Below are positions 51,641 through 64,000 of a DNA stretch of 64,000 nt, piece by piece; position 1 is the stretch's first letter; each line of letters opens with the position of its first letter. The stretch is from contig JBHGNT010000001.1 in the NCBI GenBank assembly GCA_043228905.1, forward strand, positions 34,286,001-34,350,000. Reading direction: 5' to 3'. The notes beneath the pieces are model-generated. The model did not search any database, was not told the DNA's origin, and was given only the letters and a program-made list of their open reading frames with translations. The translations under genes were made by a program, and so were the position numbers. The stretch comes from Azolla caroliniana. Lineage: Eukaryota > Plantae > Polypodiophyta.

Positions 51641-54600
51641 ATGGGCGTCCTCTCCAATCCAATCATTCTTATTGTGCTGGTATTCATCTGTGTAACGGAG
51701 GTAGCACTAATTTGGACGGAGGATTCTATCCTGGCACAAGCCAGGCATAATTCTAACCCTAATTCCAATCACAATACTCCATCGAGGACCAAGGCAGCGG
51801 AGGCGACCTATTCATGGGATCTGCACTATGATTACCGGCCACATGAGAACCCTAGACCGGGTCCGGGCTCTACGTATTATCACAACGGTTTATTGGTGCA
51901 AAGGCTGATCGGTCGAGATCGATACCGCCATTCAGCGAGAGGTCTCTTGGAAGGCAATGGCACCGCTTTCTCTTTCGCACCCACCAACGAGAGCAATAGC
52001 ATCGACACATTGGGCGGGTGACTGATTCAATCCCATCCATAAACATATACTCAATCTATACATTTGCATATATACTTAGGTTGTATAACGACAGTTTAGC
52101 CGTGTCATCGTTAAAACAGCGCGATCGCTAATGACAATTAATTCTTGTTGGGATCTAAGAATGTCACTCGAATTATGCTGCACGACAACATTGCCTGAAT
52201 GTTTAGAAAGGGAAGCCACTTTTTAATAGATTTTGATGCTTCCTTCTTCAGCTTTACTCTTTGTTGTTTCTGGCTGGAAGGTGTTGCTTAAAGAAGAAAA
52301 ATATCTCTTCTTTTTTTAGTCTTTCTACGGTACCTTGACCTAATAAGGTAGGGGTAGGGTAATATTGTTATAAGAGTGCGTAGGTTGTAATTCGAGACAC
52401 CATAGGTGTAGTACGATTAACGCCTTTTAAGCATTAGTTAGTAGCAGCATTAAGTTGGGACTTTAATTTAATTGTTAACATGGCTTCTAATTTTAGCTGC
52501 TTCTTCTTCGTTTTGGGTTATATTGCAGATTGCATTACACATTTATGACCCTGGGGACTCCCAAGCAGAGCTTCTTAGTAGTGATGGACACCGGCAGTGA
52601 CCTATTGTGGGTTCCCTGTGATTGCCAACAATGTTCTCCTACTGATTGGTCTGCTTACTTTGGCTCAAGTTCTAAGGTAAAATTTCTCATTGCATATAAC
52701 GATACCATAAATTCAACACAGACATTGCCTTCATACACACGCATACTTATAAGATGCTTTGGCTTGTAATTACGGAGAAACATTCTAACATTATAATACA
52801 GTGAATCTCAAGTTTGTGCTTGACCATCATTTAAAGTGTTAGGATTCAGTGTATTAACTCTTTGATGATTCCATGGAGCTGGGATTAATTCAACAGAAAA
52901 CAAAAGAAAAACAAATGAGATGGCTTGCACCCAAGAAAATTGCTAAACTTTACAAACTGGACACTTAAAATTTTCAACACTACCCCTGGAATTAAACAGT
53001 GGCTTTACTGTATCTTGACATTGACATTACACCCATTTTTTCTTCTGAAACACATAGAAGTCAAGGAACTCCATTCATTGTCTTTAAACATATTTACGAA
53101 GAGCCGCCCAAAAGGAGGCGTGAAAAGGATAGTGTACTGGCCCTTCGAACGGCAAATGTGTTGACAATTAAACTCATAGTGTTGTGTGTGGCTCTTCGAA
53201 AAGGGAAATGTGTCGAAAGTTAAATCTAAATCGCAGTTTGTTAAATCATGCTTTCATTATATCAATCTTTCTAAACTCTCCGTGTTTTTAACTTTTCGGG
53301 TTTGTGACAGAATGTGACATTTTCTGTGTATAGCCCTTCACAATCGAGTACGAGCAAGTCGGTCTCTTGTGACGATGATGTGTGTGTGTCGAGTTTAGTG
53401 TCGAATTGCTCGAAGAGTGGGAGCGTTAGCACATGCGGCTATGTAGTGAATTACATGGCAACAAACACATCCACTTCCGGCCTAATTGTGCAAGATGTTC
53501 TGTACATGAATTCAGAAGTTAGTACTGCCACTAATGTCACAAATAGTTCTTCTACTCTCATCACGACACCGATTTACTTCGGGTAATTAATTATGGTGTT
53601 TGTGCGCGTGATCTCGTTAAAATTTGTTTTAAATGCATTCTGATCTTAAAACCCATCTTTTTTTCTTTTTTCTCGATATTGAATCTTTAGCTTGTTTTTG
53701 TTTCCTTCTTCCATTTTAATGTCAGGTGTGGAAGAGTACAGACAGGAGATCTCCTAGAAGGTGTGGCTCCCAATGGCTTACTGGGGCTCGGGCCGAATGA
53801 GGTCTCCGTACCCAACACCCTCACGAGGAATGGGCTCATACCCAACTCCTTCTCCATTTGCTTCTCCTCGTCCGACACATCCGGAAGACTCGTCTTCGGG
53901 ACCCAAGCCAAGGACGGAGTGCAGAACACATCTCTTATCTCATCAAGGTATTAAGCTCAAATACATATTAACAGCATCAACATAGTTGAATCTTTACAAT
54001 GTAACTTCTAATTTCTAATAAACTGGCAAAGAAACTACCAGTATATATTTAGAATCCAATTACATAGTAACAATGGAAATGCATCTATCTAGATAATTGA
54101 ATGATGCAAAATAGTTGGTTATAAATGTCCGCAGTGTATATTATGTGGTAAAGACGACGGCGGTGACAATGGGAGGCGATCGTTCTGTGACAGTTGCTCA
54201 ACAGCTTATTTTCGATACAGGGACATCTTACACGACATTACCGAGCTCAATCACACAAAGCATCGGCACACTTGTGAGTGTTTTGTTTGTTTTTTATGTA
54301 GTCTAGATTTGCAACCTTTGTAAAGTGTATGTTGTGGTGCATCTGTTTTGCTCCATCATCATTGTTAATACATCTAATTGAATGCCACTACATCTAAAAC
54401 AACACAATATTTATAAATTTAAGGATGCTATATAATAACCTAATGATAATGTCGTTAATGTCCTCTTAATGTCTGACATGCACAGTATAATCAGAAGATC
54501 ACATTATCTCAATATAATGATGCTGACAGCTTGTTTGACTATTGTTGGAGTGTAAGGTATACTAAAACATGTAACAAGCTCCACCAGGCTTTGAATTATG

Positions 54601-55670
54601 ACCAAATTTTTTCATGATTTATACATTAATATACTTAAATTCTAGCTGAACAGATACTAGAGATTTATAATTCTATAATATGGATCATCGTGAACTCTCA
54701 TCTTGATGATGATTCTTATGATTTCTGCATGAAGTCATGGAATTATGGAATTCAAAACTGATTTTCTTGTGCATATTAATGTAGTGATTCCAATGATCTG
54801 AGTTCGCTTCCAAGCTTATCAATAACATTTGTGGGAGGGAGCACCTGGGAGATACCCAACCCATATGTATATCTTCAGGACACAAATGTGAGGACTATAA
54901 ATGATTGTAAATGGAATTATAAAGTATAATCTACATCCCCTCCAACTATAATCAATTGCATAGATAGTCATAATCTATAATTAACATATATCATCTGAAA
55001 CAAGTCAATATCATATTGAAGATTTCATGTGATTAATTAATACTGATGACAAGCTTGACACATACACACATATAGGGTAACATAAAAGTGGTTTGCTTGG
55101 GGATCATGTCTGGATCAAGTACCGGTATCATTGGATGTGAGTACTACTGCTGCTCATCTCTTAACTTCCATTTGTTTAATGTTGATTTGCTGGTGATCAT
55201 CATGATCGGGATCATCTCCTAAATAGCAGTTTATGATGTTATTATGAATGACTGATTCATGCAGACAACTTCATGAGAGGTTTTGAGTTCTTCCTCGATC
55301 AAGAGTTCATGACCTTCAGCTGGACTGCATCGGACTGTAAGTAATTATACTAATTTAAATGTTACAAAAGTGTCCATCCTCAATTGCTAATTATAACTAG
55401 CCTTAATTTACCTTTTTTTTTGTTTGTGTTAGTATTGATCATATTATAACAAGAATTCATGAATTACTAGGTTACACGTCGAATCAATCAGTTATAGCTA
55501 CACGTAATGAAGCTTCCATGGCGACCAACAAAGCTTCCTCCTCCTCCTCCTCTTCCTCCCCCACAACATTATCATCATCACTATCCTCATCTGCAGTACT
55601 TACAAAATCAGCATTATTATTAATATTACACCTTCTAATCTTACATCTGCAAAAAATAGGATCTCAATAG
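51641..55670 (+). CDS. Aspartic protease, family A1 (atypical plant type, probably GPI- or membrane-anchored)
   Basis: Exons 51641-52017, 52529-52676, 53311-53582, 53726-53947, 54135-54273, 54486-54556, 54785-54887, 55076-55136, 55265-55336 and 55471-55670 are all in frame. Signal peptide; LHY..LGTP..FLVVMDTGSDLLWVPCDC; FGCG..QTG..APNGLLGLG; FDTGTSYT; IIGYNFM; Ser-rich linker and hydrophobic C-tail. Confidence 0.93.
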
Positions 55671-57239
55671 AATATGACCTGATCTTCAATATCAGCTTGA
55701 AGTTTATTTAGTGTATATATATATTCTTTACATTCTCTTTCATTAATTTTGTAATAAATTATACATTACTTCCTCCAAATACATCCGTTACTTAATCAAA
55801 AAAATAAATATATATACATACATATACATACACATTCACATCATCCATCGATTAATAGAAAATTCAGCTACTTATAAGAAAAATTGAAAAACAAATCCAT
55901 ATATTAACACATTTGACCAGGATTTTCATTCCACAAATGGTTTTATGTCCATTTTATAATCAAACAATGTGTTCCCACAAAATAAGAACATACAGGAATA
56001 CTTACTGCTAAGAACAAAGAAGGAAAGAGGACGGGGCCTCGGAGGGAAGAAACCCATTCCCATATTTGCTGACAATGTTTGAGACTGTGAGATTTAATTG
56101 AAGAGTGAAGGGTCACCCATACATACACTACAACACCCTGTGATAGCAACAATTACACACCCTCTCAGTTGTTGAGTCCAATATTATAGAGAATTGATAG
56201 AAACAATTACATAACCTCTCATTTGTATGGATGCTAAAATATGTGTATATATATATATTGAGAGAGAGAGAGAGAGATGCAATGTTGAAAATTATTCAGT
56301 TACATATGAACTTTCAATAATTACTGATTCATAAGAAACTTGTTCATCTAATGTTTAAAACCTATTTTAATTTCTCCAGTTTTGCAATCCCCAAGTTATA
56401 TGTAGATTCCATAACATTAGTAATTACTTTCATAATTCCTAAACTCTATGTAAATTGTTTACCTATCGATGCTTTCAGCTATGTAAGGCGGAATATGTAT
56501 CATTTGACGCGCACAAGCATCATCAATCCATGCTTATAATTAAACCTAAATTTGGCATTTTAAGGGGAGGGGGGCTCAAGGACAATTGATGCTCCAGATC
56601 ATTGTCTTAAAAGATGGGGCATAAAGAGGTTGGAGTATTGTGGCCAAGTATGTAGAGACTAGAATCACAGCATATTCTGGCGCAAACCAAGCCATGAAAA
56701 CCTTGCATTTTGGTTATTTAATCCATAGAGAGGTGGGAGGTTTGTTAGGTAGATAGATAGGTCCCCACTTGCTCATAATGCATCTTATTATCGTAATATG
56801 GTTATTATAACTGTTCGACATGTGAGCAACCTCCCGGCAATTAAAAACTTTTCATTTTTCATTCTATATCTTATCATACACCCCCCCCCCCCCCCCGTAT
56901 CCTTTGCCTGTGGTCGCGCTGATCAGCCCCCGCAAGATATACACAATGTGGATGGATACCTACAATTTCATGGGTCCATTGATTGATTGGAATGGTATAT
57001 TTCTAACTTGGTCGCCCATTAACATTCCAAAAATCTTTGTTAATTCTGCAAAAGCACAAATGTCATACATTTTCGTAAATCCACATAACATTATAAAAAA
57101 TGTCATGTATTTGCTTTTCATTATCTTGTTATAATAAAAACAGGTATAAAATTTACTTGTCCCCCATAACATTATATGTATACATAAAGATGATGCAGCA
57201 ATCCACCTAGAAAAAACAATATTAACAACACAAATCACT

Positions 57240-58480
57240 TATTATTCTGGAAATATGACATTTCTACACACATGTTGTGCCATATTTATTGATCAACGTT
57301 ATTCTTCTATATCCATGTACTTCCAAGCTTCAAAATATTCTTCCGACATAACCTCTTCGATATTGGTCTCGTGTTCTGTGTTGGTGCCCACAACATCAAC
57401 AAACTTGAATTTTTAAGAGAGAGTTGGTCTCCAAATTTGTTCTTGATATTATTTATCTTAGAAGACCCTTTCGAAGTTCTACAAACTAGTTTTGTGGTTC
57501 CATTGATGAGTTGTATTACTTACTTTTTTATCCATGACGATTGATGGTTGGTTTGCTATGGGTGAAAATATAAAAGGAGATATGAAGTCAATGGTGAACA
57601 CGAGAGAATATGTTATGAAAGAGGTTTCCCGATTATACTCACAAAGGATCCTTCTATTGTAACAATATTATTCATGAATCATTGCTTAGAAGCATGAAAG
57701 AATATTATGTACATATGCTTATATTTTGATATGCTATTTATTTCTAAATCACTAGCTAGGAAGATACACTTTCTTGACTATGTTCATGAATCATGACTCA
57801 TGACTGATAACTACATATATACCATTATCCTTAGAAATGATAATATGTGTTATGTTTTGGACATGCATTTTATAAAGTTACTTGTCTATAGACAAGGAAT
57901 ACAATTCCACCCTTGTGTTGACGAGCAAAAGTTTTCTATTCTATTCAAATGCTACTCTTTCAAAAGAAAATATTACTTGTCATGTGACACTTTCAAGAGG
58001 CCTTAGATGGGTGGACAACCGTCAAACCTTATCATTGCTCATGCTACCCGTCTTGGGCATTCATCCTGCTGAACACTCTTCTTCACCTTTGTTTTTGAGC
58101 TCAACAAACCTCACAATGACACATGATAAGGGAGGTTGAGGTGGCATGATGCCTAAAAGGTGTTTAATATCTAAATGTACGTAGTGGGAACCCCAAGCGA
58201 TTGCTTAATTAAGCTCAATTAAATCACAGACTTTGAGTTTTCCCACACTTATCATAATGGTGCATGATGAATGTTTGCATCACTTGAGACTTCTAGTATT
58301 GCGTCCATATCTGGAAGCTGTAGATAATCACGGTCGATGTGTTTTCCTTCCTTGGCATATTGCACAACACATTCAATTGGTGTCTTAGCCCTTATTGTCT
58401 ACGTTCTATGTCCCATAGCCTCATCACATGCATGTGCGAAAACGACCAACATCACCCAATAATTATGAAACTGGTGACAC
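57240..58480 (-). mobile_element. Degenerate Ty1/Copia integrase-region remnant
   Basis: Minus-strand traces appear in the expected order: LW.HR-like (about 58410), ICQGRKTHR (GAG-pre-integrase C..GK.HR, about 58350), GYRR (about 57310) and CRNVIFPE (SRDVIF-like, about 57255). Confidence 0.5.
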
Positions 58481-58597
58481 CTCGTGTTCTATATACATTT
58501 CATAAACCTATTCATTAGTTTTAAGTTCGGCATATTGTGCTCAAGTTCACAACAATAGTGTGTACAGGTTCCTTGCTCATAAGGCACAATCAATCCT

Positions 58598-58803
58598 TTG
58601 GCCGGATGACAGGACCATCATCTCAAACTACCGGCGGCTGCATTGGCCGACTAACCAGACCATCATCTCAAACTTCCGGCTCCATTGGGCAAGGGAACCT
58701 GTTGGCCAGACTGACGGGACCATCTTGTCAAACTTCTGGGTCCATTGGCCTAAGGGAGGAACCTCTTGGCCGATTGACCAGAAACTCCCGGTTCCATTGG
58801 CGG
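58598..58803. repeat. GC-rich degenerate tandem repeat (3-4 copies) upstream of the RabGAP gene
   Basis: TTGGCCGA.TGAC..GACCATC.T.TCAAACTTCCGG.TCCATTGG recurs. Confidence 0.75.
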
Positions 58804-59277
58804 CCGGTGGTGGGGTAGGTAGGTGCTCTGTTTTTGTAGACTGATCAGAAAACCTTCTCTGCTCAGAATTTTCTTCTTCTGAATGAATTAGGGTTGGGGT
58901 TGGAGGTCGCCATTGTTTCGTCTGCTCCCTCAGATCCTTTCGTTTCTTTCTTGATCCATTCCTGTGGACCCTCTGTTTCATAATCTTCCCTTCTCTCCTT
59001 CTCCTCGCGCGATCTGTCGCTTGGCTGCCTCAATTTCTCCTCTTTGATCTTCATATTCCCCCCTCTCTTAGGAGAATCCATCGCCGCAGACAGAACTCAA
59101 CCCCCTTCCGCGGAGATCCCTCGAGGTATTATTATGCAGAGAAAGGAGGCGTTGCTCCCACCCCGATTTCTGTGTTTCTTTAAGAGCTTTGCGGAATTGT
59201 GGAAGCCTTCATGTCAACTTTTCTGCAACAGGCCTCTCTAAAACATTTCTCCAGGCTTATTGCTGAAGCTTCCAGCC

Positions 59278-61854
59278 ATGACTGTTGGTATTGCGCTTCT
59301 TAACAGAAGAAAGTGAGTATTCTACACCGTCTTCTTTCAATTCGTTTCTGTGCAGAAATCTCTCCTGCTTCTTCCTTTGAATTCTCCATGTCCTTTTCCG
59401 AGTCCTCAGTGGCGTTTTCAGTTGGATTTTCTGTATTCTTTGAAGATTTTGCGATGCAATGGCATTCTCTTTCTTATAAACTCGCCAGATCCACGCTGTA
59501 AAAATTCTTGCTTATTCTTATCAAAGAGCGAGCCTTCTTTTCGATAGAAAAAGAGTTGTGTTTTACCTCTCTCTGAATTGGGGGAGAATCCTGTTGGTAG
59601 ATTAACTCATCATATAAAAGGAACATGTTTTCCCTCCTCCTTTCATCCTGTGAGCTGCAAAAGAGAGAAATATCTGCATAATTATCCCTTTTCAGTATCT
59701 GTCCAAGTTCGCGAAGTAGCTGTATGTATTCTTCTGAAAGCAAGAGCGTTTCACATTGTATATACCCATGTATCTATTCGTGCTTACAGATCTTGAAACA
59801 GCCATATTTTTTATCCTGCAAGCAAGCATCTTCTGTATTACCCATATATCTGTTCGTGTCTACAAATGCTCAGATAATTTTATTCTTTTTTAAAGCAAAT
59901 GGTTCTGTGTATTTACTTGCTAATGACAGAATTATATTTACTTGCTAGTGACAGAATTTGTTAATGGCCCAGTAAAGTAGTATTCTTGCTCGTTGATCTT
60001 GCAAATTCACATTAAACAGTTTATATATATATATATATATATTTGGAAAACAAAAGCTGCTTGTATAGTATATTGGTGAGGACATTATGAAGTGTGAATT
60101 CTCAACATAAAGTCTGTTTGTATTTAATACTAGTGATGACATTATGAGGTATTTGTTGAAAACTAAAGTCTTCTCTGTTTGTTAAAGGAGTTATAAGAGA
60201 GTAGATATTATGTTTATACTGAATATGTGTCTTCTGGAAACACCATGTTACTTTATCTGTTTGTTAAGGTTATAATGGACTCTATCTTGCTTTTGAGAAC
60301 ACAGTAAGCGCCTGCATAATCGTAGTAAGAAGAATTGCCTCCCCCTCACATTGAAGCAGTGGAAAGATGCATTTGATGCAGAAACTGGGCGTTTGCTGGA
60401 TGGTGACAAAATTTTGCGAAGGGTTCGCCATGGAGTGCGTAAATGTTCTAATTATTTGATTTTAGACTAAAGTTGTGATGATAATAATTTGCAACTTACA
60501 TTTTCTTTATCTGTACAGGGTGTGGAAGCAAGCATACGGTCTGAAGTTTGGCCTTTCCTATTGAACTTGTATGGAATTTCACTCATGCTGAAGCTTTTTT
60601 TGTTGCTGGGTTGATGAGTGTCTATCTCATCCATTTTATTTTGTTTTGCAGCTACGGATTTGAAAGCACTCAAAAGGAAAGAGAGGCGGAAATGCATGTG
60701 AGAAGGTAATAATTGAACCAAAGCAAACTAAAAATGTGAACCTGCATAATTCATATTCCACATTGTGTGTTTTGACAGTTTCTTTCTCTATGTGCAGGCA
60801 AGTGTACGAGGATTTGAAAGGGAGATGCAAAGTTTTATGTGAGAGTATCTCATCGAAGACGAAGAGCATGGCTGGTAACGAAGATATCTTTACAAAAAGG
60901 GGATGTACACTATTATTTGCATCTGAAGATGTAATCCTGTGTAAAGGAATGGAAGAAGACAGCCCGGTGGCATTTCAAAGAAGTAAAGCGGGATTGGTAG
61001 AAATGGATGCCAAGGCAAAGCAAGAATTTATCGATTGGCAGCGTATCATGAGGCTAGATGCTGTGCGCATAAATGCTGACTGGGCTCAACTCTCCTCTTC
61101 TCAAGCAAAGATAACAAAAGGTGTAGCAAACCAACTAGCGATGGAGGTGGGCTTGAGGGATGATATACTAGAGCCATCCTTGCAACATCACGCTGCGAGA
61201 TTGGTGTCTATACTGGAAGTATATGCTGTGTATGATCCCGAAATTGGTTATTGCCAAGGAATGAGTGACCTTCTATCACCATTCGTCGCCCATTTAGATG
61301 AAGATTATCAAGCCTTCTGGTGTTTTGCATCATTTATGCATGCTGCTCGGCATAACTTCAGGATGGATGAAGAGGGTATTAAACAGCAATTGCAAATGTT
61401 TTCCCGGATCATGAAGCACAGTGATCCACAGCTTTATAGGCATTTTGAGAAGATTGATGCCGTCGACTGCCATTTCATCTACAGAATGGTTGTGGTTCTC
61501 ATGAGGAGAGAACTGTCCTATGAGCAAACGTTATCCTTCTGGGAGACACTTTGGGCAGATCGAACTGCAGTGAGGCTTGATAAAGTGAAGATTTCCTGCA
61601 GGCGAGGTCGGGATAAAGCTCCACCCAGTGATGATCTACTCCTTTATGTCATAGCTGCGGCAGTTAGACAGAAAAGAAGGGTGATCATGGATAACTGCTT
61701 AAGCATGGAAGAGGTACTTGAAGAGTGCAATTATATGTCAGGAAATCTGAATATATGGGTCCTTCTGGATGATGCTCGGAGACTAATAGCATCCTGTCAT
61801 CATAAAGTTTCTGCTGATTCATCTAATGGCATCCTCTTCAAAAACGGAAGGTGA
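59278..61854 (+). CDS. TBC-domain Rab GTPase-activating protein (RabGAP22/Gyp7-like)
   Basis: Exons 59278-59312 (tentative), 60305-60434, 60519-60568, 60652-60705 and 60798-61854 join in frame. Motifs: GGVEASIRSEVWPFLL, IMRLDAVR (R-finger), YDPEIGYCQGMSDLLSP (Q-finger), FIYRMVVVLMRRELSYEQ. Confidence 0.92.
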
Positions 61855-63199
61855 TAATCGATAAACTGCATCTGCTGCAAGGAAAAGGTGCTTGAAGAGT
61901 ACAATTGCATATCTGACAATTTGTGAATATGTGGGTCCTCTTAGACAATGATATTCGGTGTCTACTAGTATCCCTTCATCATAGAAATTTGTGGAGATTG
62001 ATTTCAACCTGTAAAACCTAACAAGGTTGTAATCAACATACATGCACACAGATAGAAAGAAACTTTTCTAATTGCTGCCCGCCCTCAGTATTGGAAAGAG
62101 AAGGACCTAACTGCATTATCCTTCTTCTGCTCTTTTGGTCTTATCCTGAGGCCTACAATTTTGCTCCACACCCCTAAGCCAGCCCCTCCCTAAGAAAATA
62201 AAGAAAGCAGTTATAAATGGGTTTTAACCAAACATCTACTGTATGTGTCGTATATGTATCTGTAAGGTGTGGTAGGTGAGGCGTTTCATGTAAATAAACT
62301 CTACAATACACGATGACTGAGACATAATACAAATGTTGTCTCTGAATATCTGTATACGTTGGATAATCAAGCTGTTAACTTCAGTTCAAATATACGATGA
62401 AGCATTGCACTCAGTTTTTTCTTGAAGTTGTCTGTGAATCTGTTTGGGAGAGCAAAAAGTTTTCAGTTTTCAGCCCTTGTGCTTTCACTGTTGGTTCTAA
62501 GATGAGGATAAAGCTACCAAGTCTCTCAAGTCATTAATCTAGAGGCAAGGACGTGACTCATCTGATGATTGTTTATTATTGCTCAAGGCATATTCTACAG
62601 CAAGCTGAAAGAGCTCGTGCCTGTAAGTTGTGCATGTTGAGGGTATGTATTTTGGAATGCTTTCAGTCCAACCCAAATAACTACTGTTCATAGCTGTGTT
62701 CAATGTCGTATCTTTTGATGATCCTTTCCTAATGTCCATGGTTTTTTCTATGTTCAATGTACATCCTAAATGAAAATGCATGTCCATAGTTTTGCTCAAT
62801 CATTGATCTAAATGAAACAACAAATGCCTCATCAGTTTTGTTCAATGGATTTACATATTATGGTACCATTAGAGTGAATAGTGTTTATTTATAAAACGAA
62901 ACCTTCAAGTGGATGAGATTTGTAAAATGAGGAGTTGAGAACAATATATGTCTGAGAGACATTTTAAAATGAGGTTTGTGAAATGAATAGTTGAGAACAG
63001 TATGTGAGTATGAGAGACATGTTAAAAACAGAGATAATCCCAAGCACCTCTTCCAGAACATGTTCTAAGAAAGTATTTATATATGAGAGACCTCGTTTCT
63101 TTTTTGGATAAATCTTCTCTTTAATTTTTCCCCCCGGGGATAGATGGACCATTTTGTGAAGTACTATCTTGTGTGTTTGATGAAGAAATGAATGTTATG

Positions 63200-63900
63200 C
63201 ATTGTTTGTTAATATGTTGCTGCATTTGATCATCTGTGTAAACAAAGTTTGGGAAAAGGGTTTGTGGAAGTCTTGAAAGAGTAATAAAGGATTGGAGCGT
63301 ATATTGATTGAGAGCATGAATACCTCACTTGTAATGCTTTTGCGGCTGAAGAACATGAAAGGACATTTAATGAAACAACAAAACAAAGTAGTTACTTTTA
63401 CCTGAGGTGGAAAGTAAGAAACGTTTGATGATCGGAGGCACATTTAAGTTGGATTAAGGTCATTCGAGCCTCAATCATATCGTTCGTGAGAATTGAGATA
63501 TAATGTGAAATATGAGCATGATCAACAGCGTGGTAGAAATTAATGTTGGAAGCCAGAAGAAAGATCGATATCCAAATGGTTTGTGATCTTGTAGACGGCT
63601 ATTTATTAGCAATATTCTTTCTCAATGGGAAAGAATGATTATTGGAAATATGTCAAATTGAATGTCAATTCTGTAAAGCCACTCATTTATGAGAAAATGG
63701 ATGGGTGTGTGAAACTGAAATTGATGATAATCACGACACCAAACCCAATACACGGGAACAATTGGTGTGTATGATCGATCACAATCTAAGATTCTGATAG
63801 CACGATCATCAAAACATTCCCCAACATGTACTACATATTTTGTGTGTAAGAACTTAATTTATTGTTAAGGCTGAATATGTAGCATGAAATTTTTGCTGAA
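63200..63900 (+). mobile_element. Highly degenerate Ty1/Copia RT-RNase H remnant
   Basis: Traces of RK.ISKW (about 63560) and KAEYVA (EAEYVA-like, about 63870). No open frame. Confidence 0.35.
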
Positions 63901-64000
63901 CTTTACTTATCTTAAAAAATGTTTGAGTCGCTGGTCTATTTTGCATCTCTCTTTGAAAGGTTAAAATTCACTATTGCATGTAGGAACGACAGAATGCATC

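Noticed and set aside
62539-62799. 86-aa minus-strand ORF downstream of the RabGAP
   Set aside because: No recognisable domain or supporting splice structure.

Overview
Eukaryotic nuclear DNA from a land plant. It is AT-rich with GT-AG introns and many microsatellites. The retroelement types suggest a fern or other non-seed vascular plant, but that is inference only. Exon chains were read by hand for nine genes: (1) the 3' part of a class-V PLP aminotransferase / cysteine-desulfurase-like gene (89-1260, +); (2) plastid ClpP3 (4350-8241, -), with a hAT-type MITE in its last intron; (3) a complete second desulfurase-like paralog (21773-25244, +); (4) a VAMP727-type R-SNARE (34101-37562, +); (5) a SLOW GREEN1-like TPR protein with a 13-aa repeat expansion (38586-41891, -); (6) a 68-aa intronless 'GLIP-VYR' small protein (44476-44682, -); (7) a secreted stand-alone X8/CBM43 protein (46727-48404, -); (8) an A1 aspartic protease (51641-55670, +); (9) a TBC-domain RabGAP (59278-61854, +). 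Between them lie a 5'-truncated but largely complete RTE-X-like LINE (about 11680-16050), L1 and Copia remnants, tRNA-like/SINE heads, many short tandem duplications and a near-perfect 71-bp hairpin. No CRISPR array, rRNA or intact tRNA was seen. I found no clear multi-gene novel system. The best leads are the LINE (in-frame ORF1-UGA-CGG-ORF2 junction and an unexplained C-terminal extension), the VAMP727-type SNARE, the desulfurase-like paralog pair and the promoter hairpin.
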